Shown one piece after another: positions 8,907 through 19,007 of a stretch of DNA of 62,239 bases. Within the stretch, counting starts at the first letter, position 1. Each line of letters opens with the position of its first letter. The position numbers were made by a program, and so were the translations under genes. The DNA comes from Kiritimatiellia bacterium (GTDB lineage: Bacteria > Verrucomicrobiota > Kiritimatiellia > RFP12 > UBA1067). The notes under the pieces were generated by a model that was not told the origin of the DNA, made no database searches, and was given only the letters and a program-made list of their open reading frames with translations. Location: contig JAZQTB010000100.1 of NCBI GenBank assembly GCA_045630425.1, positions 1-62,239 of the forward strand. Direction: 5' to 3'.

Positions 8907-10184
8907 ATGAATACCGTATTGGTTGGCGCCCAGTGGGGCGATGAAGGTAAGGGTAAGGTTATCGACTTCCTTACCGAAGAGTCTGATGTTGTAGTGCGCT
9001 TTCAGGGTGGCTCGAACGCGGGTCATACCGTTGTCGTAGGCGACAAGAAATATGTTCTCCACCTCGTACCGAGCGGCATTCTGCACGACGGCAAGCATTG
9101 CGTGATCGGCAACGGCGTCGTCATGGATCCCTTCGATCTCATGCGTGAGCTCGAGCAGGTCGAGAGCTGGGGCTTCGAACTTAAAGGGCGCTTCCACATT
9201 TCCGAGCGCGCCCAGATGGTCATGCAGTGGCACCGCGCCCTCGACAAGGCCGAAGAGGCCGTCCGTCCCGAAGGCGAGAAGATCGGCACCACCGGTCGCG
9301 GCATCGGGCCGGCGTACGCGGCGAAGGTCGGCCGCTACGGAATGCGCGTAGGCGATATTCTCAAGCCGAACTTCCTCGATCTCGTCCGCAAGCAGGTCAA
9401 CGAGGCCAATCTCAAGCTGCGCAGTCTCGGCGCCCTCGAGCTTGACGCCGAAGAGATGGTTAAGCTCTACACCCCGATGGTCGCCGCGCTTCTTCCGTAC
9501 GTGACCGACACGATCCAGCTTCTCCACCAGAATCTCGACGCGAAGAAGTCGATTCTTTTCGAAGGCGCCCAGGCGACGATGCTCGACATCGACTTCGGCA
9601 CGTATCCCTTCGTGACTTCCTCCAACCCGACCGCGGGCGGCGCCTGCACCGGCTCCGGAATCTCTCCGCGCGCCATCGACCGCGTCATCGGCGTCATGAA
9701 GCTTTATACGACCCGCGTCGGCGAAGGTCCGTTCCCGACCGAACTTTTCGACGCCGACGGCGAGCTTATGCGCCAGCGCGGCGGCGAGTTCGGAGCGACG
9801 ACGGGCCGTCCGCGCCGTTGCGGCTGGTTCGACGCCGTCATCGGCCGCTACGCCCAGCGCATCAACGGCGTCGATTACTGGGCGCTCACTAAACTCGACG
9901 TTCTCGACACGTTCCCCGTCGTCAAGATCTGCACCGGCTACAGGCGCAAGGACGGTTTCGTGTATACGACGTTCCCGGCCGATCTCGACGCCCTCGCGCA
10001 GTGCGAGCCCGTTTACGAGGAACTCCCCGGCTGGCAGTGCGAAACTTCCCATATCACCGACTACGCCGAACTTCCCGAGAACGCCAAGAAGTACATCAAC
10101 AGGATTCTCGATCTCGTAGGCGGTCAGCTCGGAGTGCTCTCCGTCGGTCCCGCCCGCGAGACGACGCTCCGCATCAACATCTAA
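8907..10184 (+). CDS. purA: adenylosuccinate synthetase
   Basis: 425 aa. GAQWGDEGKGK P-loop, GTTGRGIGP and GATTGRPRRCGW motifs. Confidence 0.95.
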   Translation: MNTVLVGAQWGDEGKGKVIDFLTEESDVVVRFQGGSNAGHTVVVGDKKYVLHLVPSGILHDGKHCVIGNGVVMDPFDLMRELEQVESWGFELKGRFHISERAQMVMQWHRALDKAEEAVRPEGEKIGTTGRGIGPAYAAKVGRYGMRVGDILKPNFLDLVRKQVNEANLKLRSLGALELDAEEMVKLYTPMVAALLPYVTDTIQLLHQNLDAKKSILFEGAQATMLDIDFGTYPFVTSSNPTAGGACTGSGISPRAIDRVIGVMKLYTTRVGEGPFPTELFDADGELMRQRGGEFGATTGRPRRCGWFDAVIGRYAQRINGVDYWALTKLDVLDTFPVVKICTGYRRKDGFVYTTFPADLDALAQCEPVYEELPGWQCETSHITDYAELPENAKKYINRILDLVGGQLGVLSVGPARETTLRINI

Positions 10185-10195
10185 CTTTTTGACTT

Positions 10196-10873
10196 TTGGA
10201 ACATCTCGCGATAATAATGGACGGCAACGGCCGATGGGCGAAGGAGCGCCGCAGGGCGCGTCTTTCGGGCCATCGGGCGGGCGCGAAAACGCTCGACGCC
10301 GTCATGCGTTACTGCCGCGAGGCCGGGATAAGGTATCTGACCGTCTACGCTTTTTCGACCGAGAACTGGAAGAGGTCGAAAGAGGAGGTTTCGGGACTTA
10401 TGAAACTTCTTTCGTCCTTCATAAAGGCGAAGGGGAAAACGCTCGTCAAAGAGCGCGTTTCATTCAGGGTCATCGGGCGTAAAACTGATCTGCCGCCTGA
10501 ACTTCAACGCGAAATCGCCGCTTTAGAAGAAAAAACGGCGGGCGGCGAATTCACCCTCGCCGTCGCGCTCAGTTACGGCGGGCGCGCCGAGATCGTCGAT
10601 GCCGCCAAAGCGTGGGCTGCGTCCGGCGCGAAGGGCGAACTGACCGAAGAGGAGTTTTCTAAATTTCTTTACGCGCCCGACATCCCCGATCCAGATCTTA
10701 TCATCCGCACGAGCGGCGAGTGCCGCACGAGCAACTTCCTCATGTGGGAGTCGGCGTACAGCGAGTGGTATTTTACCGACGTCTATTGGCCCGATTTCGA
10801 TCGTGCCGAATTCGACAGGGCATTGGAAAGTTATTCGCGGCGCGAACGCCGTATGGGAGGTAGACTGAAATGA
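10196..10873 (+). CDS. uppS: undecaprenyl-diphosphate synthase
   Basis: HLAIIMDGNGRWA motif, LTVYAFSTENW, and RTSGE.R.SNFL near the C-terminus. TTG start per the ORF track. Confidence 0.9.
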   Translation: MEHLAIIMDGNGRWAKERRRARLSGHRAGAKTLDAVMRYCREAGIRYLTVYAFSTENWKRSKEEVSGLMKLLSSFIKAKGKTLVKERVSFRVIGRKTDLPPELQREIAALEEKTAGGEFTLAVALSYGGRAEIVDAAKAWAASGAKGELTEEEFSKFLYAPDIPDPDLIIRTSGECRTSNFLMWESAYSEWYFTDVYWPDFDRAEFDRALESYSRRERRMGGRLK

Positions 10874-11661
10874 ATCCTTTGGTTAAAAGAATCGTCACCG
10901 CTTTGTCGACCGCGGCTTTTGTGGTTTGCGCATTGATATTTCTTCCGGTATCCGCAGTGCTGCCCGCGATGATTCTCCTCGCGCTTCTCGTGCAGCTTGA
11001 GTTCTCGCAGCTTGTCGCCAGGAAGTACGAGACGATGCCGTGGGCGGGGATCGTCGCCTCGTTAGGATATTTCATCACGGTCTTCTATTACGCCGAAAGG
11101 ATGCTCAGCTACGTTTATATTCCGATGGCGTTCGTGGTCGTGGTGTTTTTCTTCGCTCTCATCGCGTTGTTCGGGAAGTCCCCGAAACCGATGGAGGCGA
11201 TGGGCTCCACGCTTCTCTCTTTCGTTTATATTCCTTTCATGCTTACGTTCTTCATGCTGATTCCGGTTATGTGCGGAATGAAATGGCTTTTGTACATCAT
11301 CGCCATCGTAAAGATTTCCGATATGGGCGGATTCGCTTTCGGCAAGGCTTTCGGCAGGCATAAGATGTGCCCGGCGATTTCGCCGAACAAGAGCTGGGAG
11401 GGACTTGCCGGTTCGGTTTTCGCCTCGTGCCTTATTTCGTGCGCGTTCATTCCGATGACGGAGTTCGCCTGGCACAAGGCCCTCGCGTTCGGTGTCGCGG
11501 CGGCGTTGATCGGAACGTTGGGCGACCTTGTCGAAAGCCGTTTCAAGCGCGAGGTCGACGTTAAGGATTCGGCGACCTTCATGCCTGCGGGACTCGGAGG
11601 ATTTCTCGATATGTTCGACTCGCTCGTTTTCGCCCCCGCGCTTTTCTTCCCGTTTCTCTAA
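10870..11661 (+). CDS. cdsA: phosphatidate cytidylyltransferase
   Basis: Polytopic membrane protein with SPNKSWEG and GDL.ES..KR signature motifs. 4-nt overlap with uppS. Confidence 0.9.
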   Translation: MNPLVKRIVTALSTAAFVVCALIFLPVSAVLPAMILLALLVQLEFSQLVARKYETMPWAGIVASLGYFITVFYYAERMLSYVYIPMAFVVVVFFFALIALFGKSPKPMEAMGSTLLSFVYIPFMLTFFMLIPVMCGMKWLLYIIAIVKISDMGGFAFGKAFGRHKMCPAISPNKSWEGLAGSVFASCLISCAFIPMTEFAWHKALAFGVAAALIGTLGDLVESRFKREVDVKDSATFMPAGLGGFLDMFDSLVFAPALFFPFL

Positions 11662-13032
11662 ATGACGCGCACCAAAGAGGCCTGGGTTAAGTTTTTCGCG
11701 ACGCGCGTCGTCGGCGTCGCCGTCGATGCCCTGATCGTCGGCGCGGCCTATCTCAGCGCTTTCGTTCTGAGGTTCGATTTCGCCGAGCCCGTATCGATAG
11801 GCGGGTGGAGCGCAGTCGCGAAATCGTATGCGGTCGTCGTCTCGGTCTATCTCGCCGCGCTTCTTCTCACGGGCTGTTACCGCTTCGCCTGGCGCCGGAT
11901 CAGTTTCGGGGAACTGCCGCGTTATGCGCTCGCCGCCTTTTCCGCGTGCGTCGTCCTGACGCTTATGCGTTATTTCCTGCCGAACGTCTCGTTCTCCCAT
12001 ATCCGTCCTCCTTATTCGATTACCGTCATCTGCTTCGCGTTCACTTTCGCGGGTGTCGTGGGGGTGCGCTATCTTTGGCGCGTCTACAGCGCATTAGGCC
12101 GCAGGGACGCGGAACTTCTCTCCCGCGACGAGAAGACGTTCGACAACTCGGTGGCGGCCCGATTCTTCGCGGGGCGCACGGTAATGGTTACCGGAGCCGG
12201 CGGAACCATAGGCTCTGAAATAGTCCGTCAGGCCGCTTCGGCGGGAGCGGCGAGAATTTTAATGGTCGAGCGCTGCGAGAACGCGCTTTACGAAATCGAC
12301 CGCGATATGCGTTCATTGTCCAGAAGCGTTTCTCTCGTGCCGCTGATGGTCGATATCAACGACTCCGCGAGGATGAACGAAATCTTCGCGTCCGAAAAGC
12401 CGTCGGTCGTTCTTCACGCCGCCGCCTACAAGCATGTTCCGATGGTTGAGCTTAATCCCGACGAAGGCTGGCGCAACAACACCGAGGCGACGCGTTCGAT
12501 CGCGTCGCTCGCCGTCCGCTGCGGCGTGGAGAGATTCGTTCTCATTTCGACCGACAAGGCCGTAAATCCCGTATCGGTTATGGGTAAGACGAAACTTGCC
12601 GCCGAGAAGGCGATAATGGAGATAGAGGGGGCTACCTCGTTTTGCGCGGTCCGTTTCGGAAACGTCTTCGGAAGTTCCGGTTCGGTTGTGCCTCTCTTCC
12701 GCTCTCAGATCGCCCGCCGCGAGCCCGTCACCGTCACCCACCCCGACATGCGCCGCTATTTCATGACGATTCAGGAGGCCGTAAGTCTCGTCCTTCAGGC
12801 CGCAAGCCGGTCCGAGAAGGCGATTTACACGCTCGATATGGGCGAGAGCGTCAATATTCTTTCGCTCGCCGAGGGGATGATCGTCCAGGCGGGGTATCGC
12901 CCGTACGTCGATATTCCGATCGTCTTTACCGGCATCCGTCCCGGCGAAAAACTTTTCGAGGAACTTGACATTTCCGAAAAATCCGCCTATCGTACCGATA
13001 TGGCGAAGATATACATCACAAAATCATCGTAA
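11662..13032 (+). CDS. membrane-anchored polysaccharide biosynthesis NAD-dependent dehydratase/epimerase (CapD/PglF/WbpM-like)
   Basis: N-terminal TM helices, Rossmann VTGAGGTIGSE, and ISTDKAVNPVSVMGKTK catalytic-region motif. Confidence 0.8.
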   Translation: MTRTKEAWVKFFATRVVGVAVDALIVGAAYLSAFVLRFDFAEPVSIGGWSAVAKSYAVVVSVYLAALLLTGCYRFAWRRISFGELPRYALAAFSACVVLTLMRYFLPNVSFSHIRPPYSITVICFAFTFAGVVGVRYLWRVYSALGRRDAELLSRDEKTFDNSVAARFFAGRTVMVTGAGGTIGSEIVRQAASAGAARILMVERCENALYEIDRDMRSLSRSVSLVPLMVDINDSARMNEIFASEKPSVVLHAAAYKHVPMVELNPDEGWRNNTEATRSIASLAVRCGVERFVLISTDKAVNPVSVMGKTKLAAEKAIMEIEGATSFCAVRFGNVFGSSGSVVPLFRSQIARREPVTVTHPDMRRYFMTIQEAVSLVLQAASRSEKAIYTLDMGESVNILSLAEGMIVQAGYRPYVDIPIVFTGIRPGEKLFEELDISEKSAYRTDMAKIYITKSS

Positions 13033-13051
13033 ACGGAAGGAGTGATATTTT

Positions 13052-13699
13052 ATGAATGAACACGTTTTGCCCGCGTTGTGGATTCTCGGAGCGTATCTCG
13101 TCGGCGGCATCCCGTTCGGCTTCATAATCGGCAGGATGCGCGGCGTGGATGTGCGGACCGTCGGCTCGAAGAACATCGGCGCGACGAACGTTTTCCGCAC
13201 CGTCGGCAAGAAGTGGGGGCTTCTCGCTTTCCTGTGCGATGTTCTCAAGGGGCTTCTGCCTACGCTGGCGGCTAAGTGCTGGGCGGCCGATCTCTGGACG
13301 TGTCTTCCTCTCGTCGTCGGCGTCACATCGGTGGTCGGCCACATGCTCACTCCTTATATGAAGTTCAAGGGCGGCAAGGGAGTCGCGACGGCGTTCGGCA
13401 TGCTTATCGGGCTTGTGCCGGCTCTCGTCGGTGTCGCGTTCGCTCTTTTTGTCGTCGTTTTCGCCTCGTTTAACTATATATCGCTCGCGAGCTGTTCCGC
13501 GGCGGCTTTTCTCGCCGTTACCGTGTGGCTTCCGATATTGGGCACGAGGGGGTACGCCGATCTTCCCCAGTGCGTGCTCGTGACCGTAATCGCGCTTTTT
13601 GTGATCTGGAAGCACCGATCCAACATCGCCCGTCTTTTGAGCGGGACTGAAAACAAGATTTATTTCTTCGGCTCGTCCAAAAGCGATAAAGCCGGCTGA
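13052..13699 (+). CDS. plsY: glycerol-3-phosphate acyltransferase PlsY
   Basis: 215-aa membrane protein with GSKNIGATNVFR and KGGKGVAT motifs. Confidence 0.9.
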   Translation: MNEHVLPALWILGAYLVGGIPFGFIIGRMRGVDVRTVGSKNIGATNVFRTVGKKWGLLAFLCDVLKGLLPTLAAKCWAADLWTCLPLVVGVTSVVGHMLTPYMKFKGGKGVATAFGMLIGLVPALVGVAFALFVVVFASFNYISLASCSAAAFLAVTVWLPILGTRGYADLPQCVLVTVIALFVIWKHRSNIARLLSGTENKIYFFGSSKSDKAG

Positions 13700-13720
13700 G
13701 TTCTTTGAAAGGAGATAACC

Positions 13721-15088
13721 ATGACTGCATCATTGATACTTGCGGCGCTTCTGCCCGTCATTCCGCAACCGACCGAATGGACCCCGGCCGAGGGCACGTG
13801 CGATCTCGCCTCCGCCGAGGTGGTCGAAAAAATAGTGACCGACGCTTCGCTCGGCGATGAAGGCTATCGTATGAATATCCGCCCCGGCGCCGTCGAAATC
13901 GAGGCCGACGCGAAGACGGGTCTTCTCTGGGCGCGGCAGACTCTCGCTCAACTTAAATCCGCCGGACCAAAGGTCTCGTGCGGCAGAATTTTCGACAAAC
14001 CCAAATACCGCGTCCGCGGTTTTATGATGGATGTCGGGCGTATGTACCATTCGATGGACTTCCTGCGCGACCTCGCCAGAACGATGGCGTACTACAAGAT
14101 GAATACGCTCCACATTCATATCAACGATTGCGAGATTGAGAAGAATCCCAACGCCGACTGGTCGAAAAAGCAGGCGGCGTTCCGTCTCGAGTCCGAGGTT
14201 TATCCGGGTCTCACCGCGAAGGACGGCCATTACACGAAGAGGGAATTCCGCGAATTCATGCTGTACTGCAAGTCGCTCGGCATCACGGTGATTCCGGAAA
14301 TCGACGTTCCCGCCCATTCGCTCGCTTTTACGCGCTTTAAGCCCGAGTTCGCCTCCAAGAAATACGGCGCAGACCACTTCGATCTCGATAAGACCGATGA
14401 GATCGTCGCCTGGCTCAAGCCTCTTTTCGCGGAATACATGACGGGCGAGGAGCCGACGTTCATCGGGCCTTACATGCACGTCGGAACCGACGAATACAAC
14501 AGGGCGGAAGCCGAGAAGTTCAGAAAATTCACTGACGAGATGTTCAAGATGGTCGAAGGCTTCGGCTACAAGGTGTGCGCGTGGGGCGCGCTCACGCATG
14601 CCTCCGGGAAGACGCCCGTCCGGGCGCACCGCGACATCACGATCGATATCTGGCACAATCCCTATTATCAGCCTAAAGATGCGATCGACGCGGGCTACAC
14701 CGTCGTTTCGATTCCCGACGGCCTCGTTTACCTCGTGCCGTTCGCGGGCTACTATTACGACTATCTGAACTGCCGTTATCTTTATGAGCATTGGGAGCCG
14801 CGCAATATAGGGAACTATACCGTTCCGGACGACAAGCTCGATCAGCTCGCCGGCGGAAAGTTCGCGCTCTGGAATGATGCCTTAGGGCGCAAGGTTAAGC
14901 TCGAAGGTAAGCCGCCTTATACCGAGGCCGACAACTGGGACCGCATATACCCTGCGTTGCAGACGCTCGGGCAGAAGTTCTGGTCGGGCGCCCGCGCGGA
15001 TCAGCCGTGGGACAGGTTTGCGCCTCTTGCGAATTCCAAGCCCGAGCCTAAGGGCGTTAAGTTTTCGCGTGTCTTCAGATTCCGCTGA
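13721..15088 (+). CDS. glycoside hydrolase family 20 beta-N-acetylhexosaminidase-like, secreted
   Basis: Signal-like N-terminus, RGFMMDVGRMY, LHIHINDCE, and HVGTDEY (catalytic D-E pair context). Confidence 0.75.
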   Translation: MTASLILAALLPVIPQPTEWTPAEGTCDLASAEVVEKIVTDASLGDEGYRMNIRPGAVEIEADAKTGLLWARQTLAQLKSAGPKVSCGRIFDKPKYRVRGFMMDVGRMYHSMDFLRDLARTMAYYKMNTLHIHINDCEIEKNPNADWSKKQAAFRLESEVYPGLTAKDGHYTKREFREFMLYCKSLGITVIPEIDVPAHSLAFTRFKPEFASKKYGADHFDLDKTDEIVAWLKPLFAEYMTGEEPTFIGPYMHVGTDEYNRAEAEKFRKFTDEMFKMVEGFGYKVCAWGALTHASGKTPVRAHRDITIDIWHNPYYQPKDAIDAGYTVVSIPDGLVYLVPFAGYYYDYLNCRYLYEHWEPRNIGNYTVPDDKLDQLAGGKFALWNDALGRKVKLEGKPPYTEADNWDRIYPALQTLGQKFWSGARADQPWDRFAPLANSKPEPKGVKFSRVFRFR

Positions 15089-15127
15089 CGCGGTATCTTG
15101 TTTATGCGCTTAGTCCCTTGAGTTTTG

Positions 15128-15157
15128 ATGCGCTTCTCAACGCCTTTTGAAGCGCAT
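15128..15157 (+). terminator. perfect 9-bp stem hairpin downstream of the GH20 gene (terminator-like, no T-run)
   Basis: ATGCGCTTC (15128-15136) / GAAGCGCAT (15149-15157) with a 12-nt loop. Confidence 0.3.
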
Positions 15158-15164
15158 TAAATTA

Positions 15165-15173
15165 TGATATAAT
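15165..15173 (+). promoter_or_regulatory. extended -10 element TGATATAAT upstream of valS
   Basis: TGATATAAT at 15165-15173, with a ~58-nt A/T-rich leader before the ATG at 15232. Confidence 0.45.
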
Positions 15174-15231
15174 ACCCAAGATTTTCTCAAAAAGAGATTT
15201 TTTTCAAAAAACGATAAAAAGTTCAAGAGCA

Positions 15232-17934
15232 ATGATGGACAAGCATTACGACGCTAAGTCAGCCGAAGCAAAGTGGTATCCGCTTTGGGAGAAGAACGGT
15301 TATTTTCATCAGGAGCCTCGCGACGGCGAGAGCTATTCCGTAGTAATTCCGCCTCCGAACGTGACGGGCATTCTTCACATGGGCCATGCGCTCAACCAGA
15401 CGATTCAGGATATTCTCGTCAGGTGGCGCCGTATGCAGGGTAAGAATACGCTTTGGCTCCCCGGTACCGACCATGCCGGCATCGCGACTCAGAACGTCGT
15501 CGAGAAGGCGCTCCGCAAGGAGGGTAAGCGCCGTCAGGATCTCGGGCGCGAGGCTTTCGTTGAGCGCGTCTGGGAATGGAAGAAGCAGTACGGCGGAACG
15601 ATCGTCCATCAGCAGCGTATGCTCGGCAATTCGACCGACTGGTCGCGCGAGCGCTTTACCCTCGATGAGGGTTGCTCGAAGGCCGTCGCGAAGGTCTTTA
15701 CTCAGCTTTACAACGAGGGCCTCATCTACAAGGGCAACTACATCGTAAACTGGTGTCCCCGCTGCGGTACGGCTCTTGCGAACGATGAGGTCGAGCACGA
15801 GGCGAATCACGGTCACCTCTGGTATGTCCGCTATCCCGTCGCGGGCAGCGCCCTCGGCGCGAAGGGCGAGCTTAACAAGGATTATATCTGCGTCGCGACG
15901 ACGCGTCCTGAAACGCTCCCCGGCGATACGGCCGTAGCGGTCAACCCGAAGGACGAGCGTTTCGCCGCGATTGTCGGCAAGAACGTGATTCTTCCTCTTA
16001 CGGGCCGCGAGATTCCCGTTCTCGCCGACGATTACGTCGAGAAGGAGTTCGGTACCGGTATCGTCAAGATTACGCCCGCCCACGATCCCAACGACTTCCT
16101 CGTAGGTAAGCGTCACGGTCTCGAAGAGATCAACATCATGACCGACGACGGCCACATGAACGAGCTCGCGGGCGCGAAGTACGTCGGCATGGACCGCTTC
16201 GAATGCCGCAAGGCGCTCGTCGCCGATCTTGAGGCCGAGGGTTATCTCGATCATATCGAAGATTACGACAATCAGGTCGGCCACTGCTACCGCTGTCACG
16301 ATGTCGTCGAGTCGCGTCTTTCGAAGCAGTGGTTCGTTAAGATGAAACCGCTCGCCGAGCCCGCCATCGAAGCCGTCAAGTCGGGCGAGGTTAAGTTTGT
16401 TCCCGAGCGCTGGAGCAAGATTTATTTCAACTGGATGGAGAACATTCAGGATTGGTGCATTTCGCGTCAGCTTTGGTGGGGGCATAGAATTCCTGCATAT
16501 TATTTGAAGAGGGAACAGGGAACGGGGAACGGGGAAGAGGAGTTGGTGTTTGTTGCCGAGACCGCCGAGGAGGCGCTCGAGCAGGCGAAGGCCAAGACGG
16601 GTAACGCCGCATTGACGCTCGCCGATCTCGAGCAGGATCCCGACGTTCTCGACACCTGGTTCAGCTCGTGGCTTTGGCCTTTCTCGACTCTCGGCTGGCC
16701 CGAGAAGACGCCTGATCTCGACAAGTTCTATCCGACGAGCGATCTCGTAACCGCCCAGGATATCATCTTTTTCTGGGTCGCGCGCATGATGATGGCTGGT
16801 ATCCACTTTATGGGCAAGCCGCCGTTTAAGAATATCGTGATCCACGGTATCGTCCGCGCCGCCGACGGTTCGAAGATGTCGAAGTCGAAGGGCAACTCGC
16901 TCGATCCGTTAGAGCTTATCGACGCGTACTCCGCCGACGCTCTCAGATTCTCGATCGCGCTTATCACTTCGCTCGATTGCGATACGAAGGTCAATAAGGA
17001 GAAGTTCGAGATCGGCCGCAATTTCTGCACGAAGATCTGGAACGCCGCGCGCTTCATGGAAATGCAGGAGGCGAATCTCGGCGAGCGTGTCCCGATGGCC
17101 GAGATCAAGGATCTGACGAGCGACGAGAAGCACATTCTCTGGGCGACGGATATCGCTTGTAAGAAGCTCGGCGAAATTCTCGAGAACTACCGCATTCAGG
17201 ACGGTGCGCTCGCGGTCTACGACTTCTTCTGGACGCAGATCTGCGACTGGTACGTAGAGTATGCCAAGGACGCTCCCGACAAGGCCCGCGCGTTCGCCGT
17301 GTTGCGCGATGTATTCTTTAAGGCGCTTAAGCTCCTTCATCCGTATATGCCGTTCATCACCGAAGAGGTCGCCCATCAGCTCGGCTATCTCAAGGACGGC
17401 GAGACGATCATGCTCGCGGAATTTCCGAAGGGCTACTCCGACGAGGAGAAGGCGGCGTGGGGACTCAGCGAAGAGGTTTATGATTTTGTTAACGCCAAGC
17501 GCGAGGCGATAACCGCTCTTCGTGCACTCCGCGCGGAATACAAGGTTTCGCCCGCCGTGTTCGTAAAGGCGACGATTTCGACCGACGATAACCGCGCCGC
17601 GCTCGAAGTCGAGTCTCTTAAGAAGGCGATGCGCGCCGAGGCGATCGAGTTTACCGCGGCAGGAGCCGATCTTCCGATGCCGTCGAAGCTTACGAAATTC
17701 GGTACGGTCTATCTCAGTCTCGACGGACTCGTCGACAAGGCCGCCGAATCGAAGCGCATCGCGGCGGAACTCGCCAAGCTCGCCGGCTTTATCAAGGCGT
17801 CCGAGGCGAAGCTCTCGAACGAGAACTTCGTCGCTCACGCTCCCGAGGCCGTTGTCGCCGACGCCCGCAAGAAACTCGCCGACAACAAAGAGAAGGTCGC
17901 GCAGCTCGAAAAGCTCGCCAAGCTCTTCGCTTAA
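15232..17934 (+). CDS. valS: valyl-tRNA synthetase
   Basis: 900 aa. PPPNVTGILHMGHA (HIGH), KMSKSKGN (KMSKS) and a C-terminal coiled coil. Confidence 0.95.
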   Translation: MMDKHYDAKSAEAKWYPLWEKNGYFHQEPRDGESYSVVIPPPNVTGILHMGHALNQTIQDILVRWRRMQGKNTLWLPGTDHAGIATQNVVEKALRKEGKRRQDLGREAFVERVWEWKKQYGGTIVHQQRMLGNSTDWSRERFTLDEGCSKAVAKVFTQLYNEGLIYKGNYIVNWCPRCGTALANDEVEHEANHGHLWYVRYPVAGSALGAKGELNKDYICVATTRPETLPGDTAVAVNPKDERFAAIVGKNVILPLTGREIPVLADDYVEKEFGTGIVKITPAHDPNDFLVGKRHGLEEINIMTDDGHMNELAGAKYVGMDRFECRKALVADLEAEGYLDHIEDYDNQVGHCYRCHDVVESRLSKQWFVKMKPLAEPAIEAVKSGEVKFVPERWSKIYFNWMENIQDWCISRQLWWGHRIPAYYLKREQGTGNGEEELVFVAETAEEALEQAKAKTGNAALTLADLEQDPDVLDTWFSSWLWPFSTLGWPEKTPDLDKFYPTSDLVTAQDIIFFWVARMMMAGIHFMGKPPFKNIVIHGIVRAADGSKMSKSKGNSLDPLELIDAYSADALRFSIALITSLDCDTKVNKEKFEIGRNFCTKIWNAARFMEMQEANLGERVPMAEIKDLTSDEKHILWATDIACKKLGEILENYRIQDGALAVYDFFWTQICDWYVEYAKDAPDKARAFAVLRDVFFKALKLLHPYMPFITEEVAHQLGYLKDGETIMLAEFPKGYSDEEKAAWGLSEEVYDFVNAKREAITALRALRAEYKVSPAVFVKATISTDDNRAALEVESLKKAMRAEAIEFTAAGADLPMPSKLTKFGTVYLSLDGLVDKAAESKRIAAELAKLAGFIKASEAKLSNENFVAHAPEAVVADARKKLADNKEKVAQLEKLAKLFA

Positions 17935-17937
17935 AAA

Positions 17938-19005
17938 TTGAAAGCGCTCGTTCTCGGCTACGGAATAAGCGGGAAGGCCGCCGAAAAAACCCTTAAAGAA
18001 AAAGGGTACGAGGTAGATGTCGCCGAAGGGTACGATCTCGTCGTCGCGAGTCCCGCTATCGTAGTCAAGAGCGAGCTTCAGCTCGGAGTCGAGAAGCTTT
18101 TGTCGCAAGGCGTCAAGCTTCTTGCCGTGACAGGCTCGAAGGGCAAGTCGAGCGTCGTCAAGCTTGTTGCCGAGGCGCTTAATCTTTCCGGGCGAAAGGC
18201 TGTCGCCTGCGGCAATTACGGGCTCGCCGTATGCGATGTCGAGGATTGCGAGTGGGCAGTCGTCGAGGTCAGTTCCTTTCAGCTCGAGACGACGTCGCTT
18301 AAGCCGGGAACATTCGAAGCTGCGACCGTTTTAAATTATCAGGAGGATCATCTCGACCGTCACGGCTCCGTCGAACTTTACCACGCGCTTAAAAGACGGC
18401 TTTTGACGATGGCTAAAATCGCCGTCGAAACATGCGATGAGGCGAATGATGCGCCGCTTCTTGAAGGGTCGTATTTCGATAATCCGATTCTTCGGTCGAA
18501 CGGATGCCGCGCCATCGCTCTTTTGCGGACCGCGGGACTTAAGGACAGCGAGATCCGCGAGGCGTTTTTGAAGTTTGAGCCGCTTGCCCACAGAATGAAC
18601 GAAATCGGCGTTTTTCGAGGGGTAAAATGTATCGACGACTCTAAATCGACGTCACTCGCGGCGATGGCGGCGGCGATTGAGATGGTAAAAGGTCCCGTAA
18701 GGCTTATCGCCGGCGGAAGAGCGAAGGGCGATAATCCAAAAATCATTAAAGAACTCTTGACGAAACGGGTTAAAAAAGTGTATCTTATAGGAGAATGCTC
18801 GAACGCGTTTTTTGAGGCATGGTCTAAGGATGTGGATTGTGAAATCTGCGGTACTTTAGATAATGCCGTTAAAAGTGCGTTTAATGAAGCGGAAGTCGGC
18901 GAAACTTTGCTGTTATCGCCGGGGACCGCGAGCTACGATCAATTTAAAAACTATTCCGAGCGCGGCGAAAAATTCGCGTTTTGGGTACAACAAGAAGGAA
19001 AATAA
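17938..19005 (+). CDS. murD: UDP-N-acetylmuramoylalanine--D-glutamate ligase, short form
   Basis: VTGSKGKSS P-loop, IDDSKSTS (DSKATN-like) and a position next to ftsW. At 355 aa it has a shortened N-terminal domain. TTG start per the ORF track. Confidence 0.75.
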   Translation: MKALVLGYGISGKAAEKTLKEKGYEVDVAEGYDLVVASPAIVVKSELQLGVEKLLSQGVKLLAVTGSKGKSSVVKLVAEALNLSGRKAVACGNYGLAVCDVEDCEWAVVEVSSFQLETTSLKPGTFEAATVLNYQEDHLDRHGSVELYHALKRRLLTMAKIAVETCDEANDAPLLEGSYFDNPILRSNGCRAIALLRTAGLKDSEIREAFLKFEPLAHRMNEIGVFRGVKCIDDSKSTSLAAMAAAIEMVKGPVRLIAGGRAKGDNPKIIKELLTKRVKKVYLIGECSNAFFEAWSKDVDCEICGTLDNAVKSAFNEAEVGETLLLSPGTASYDQFKNYSERGEKFAFWVQQEGK

Positions 19006-19007
19006 AA

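Noticed and set aside
15259-16845. Very long ORFs antisense to well-identified genes in the GC-rich backbone (e.g. 15259..16845 opposite valS, 8880..10052 opposite purA, 22674..23966 opposite the DEAD-box helicase, 28438..30183 opposite the RND permease, 38339..39655 and 39878..40891 opposite ftsK).
   Set aside because: High G+C suppresses stop codons on the non-coding strand. The sense strands encode proteins with unmistakable conserved motifs, while the antisense translations are Arg/Gly/Pro-rich with no motifs.
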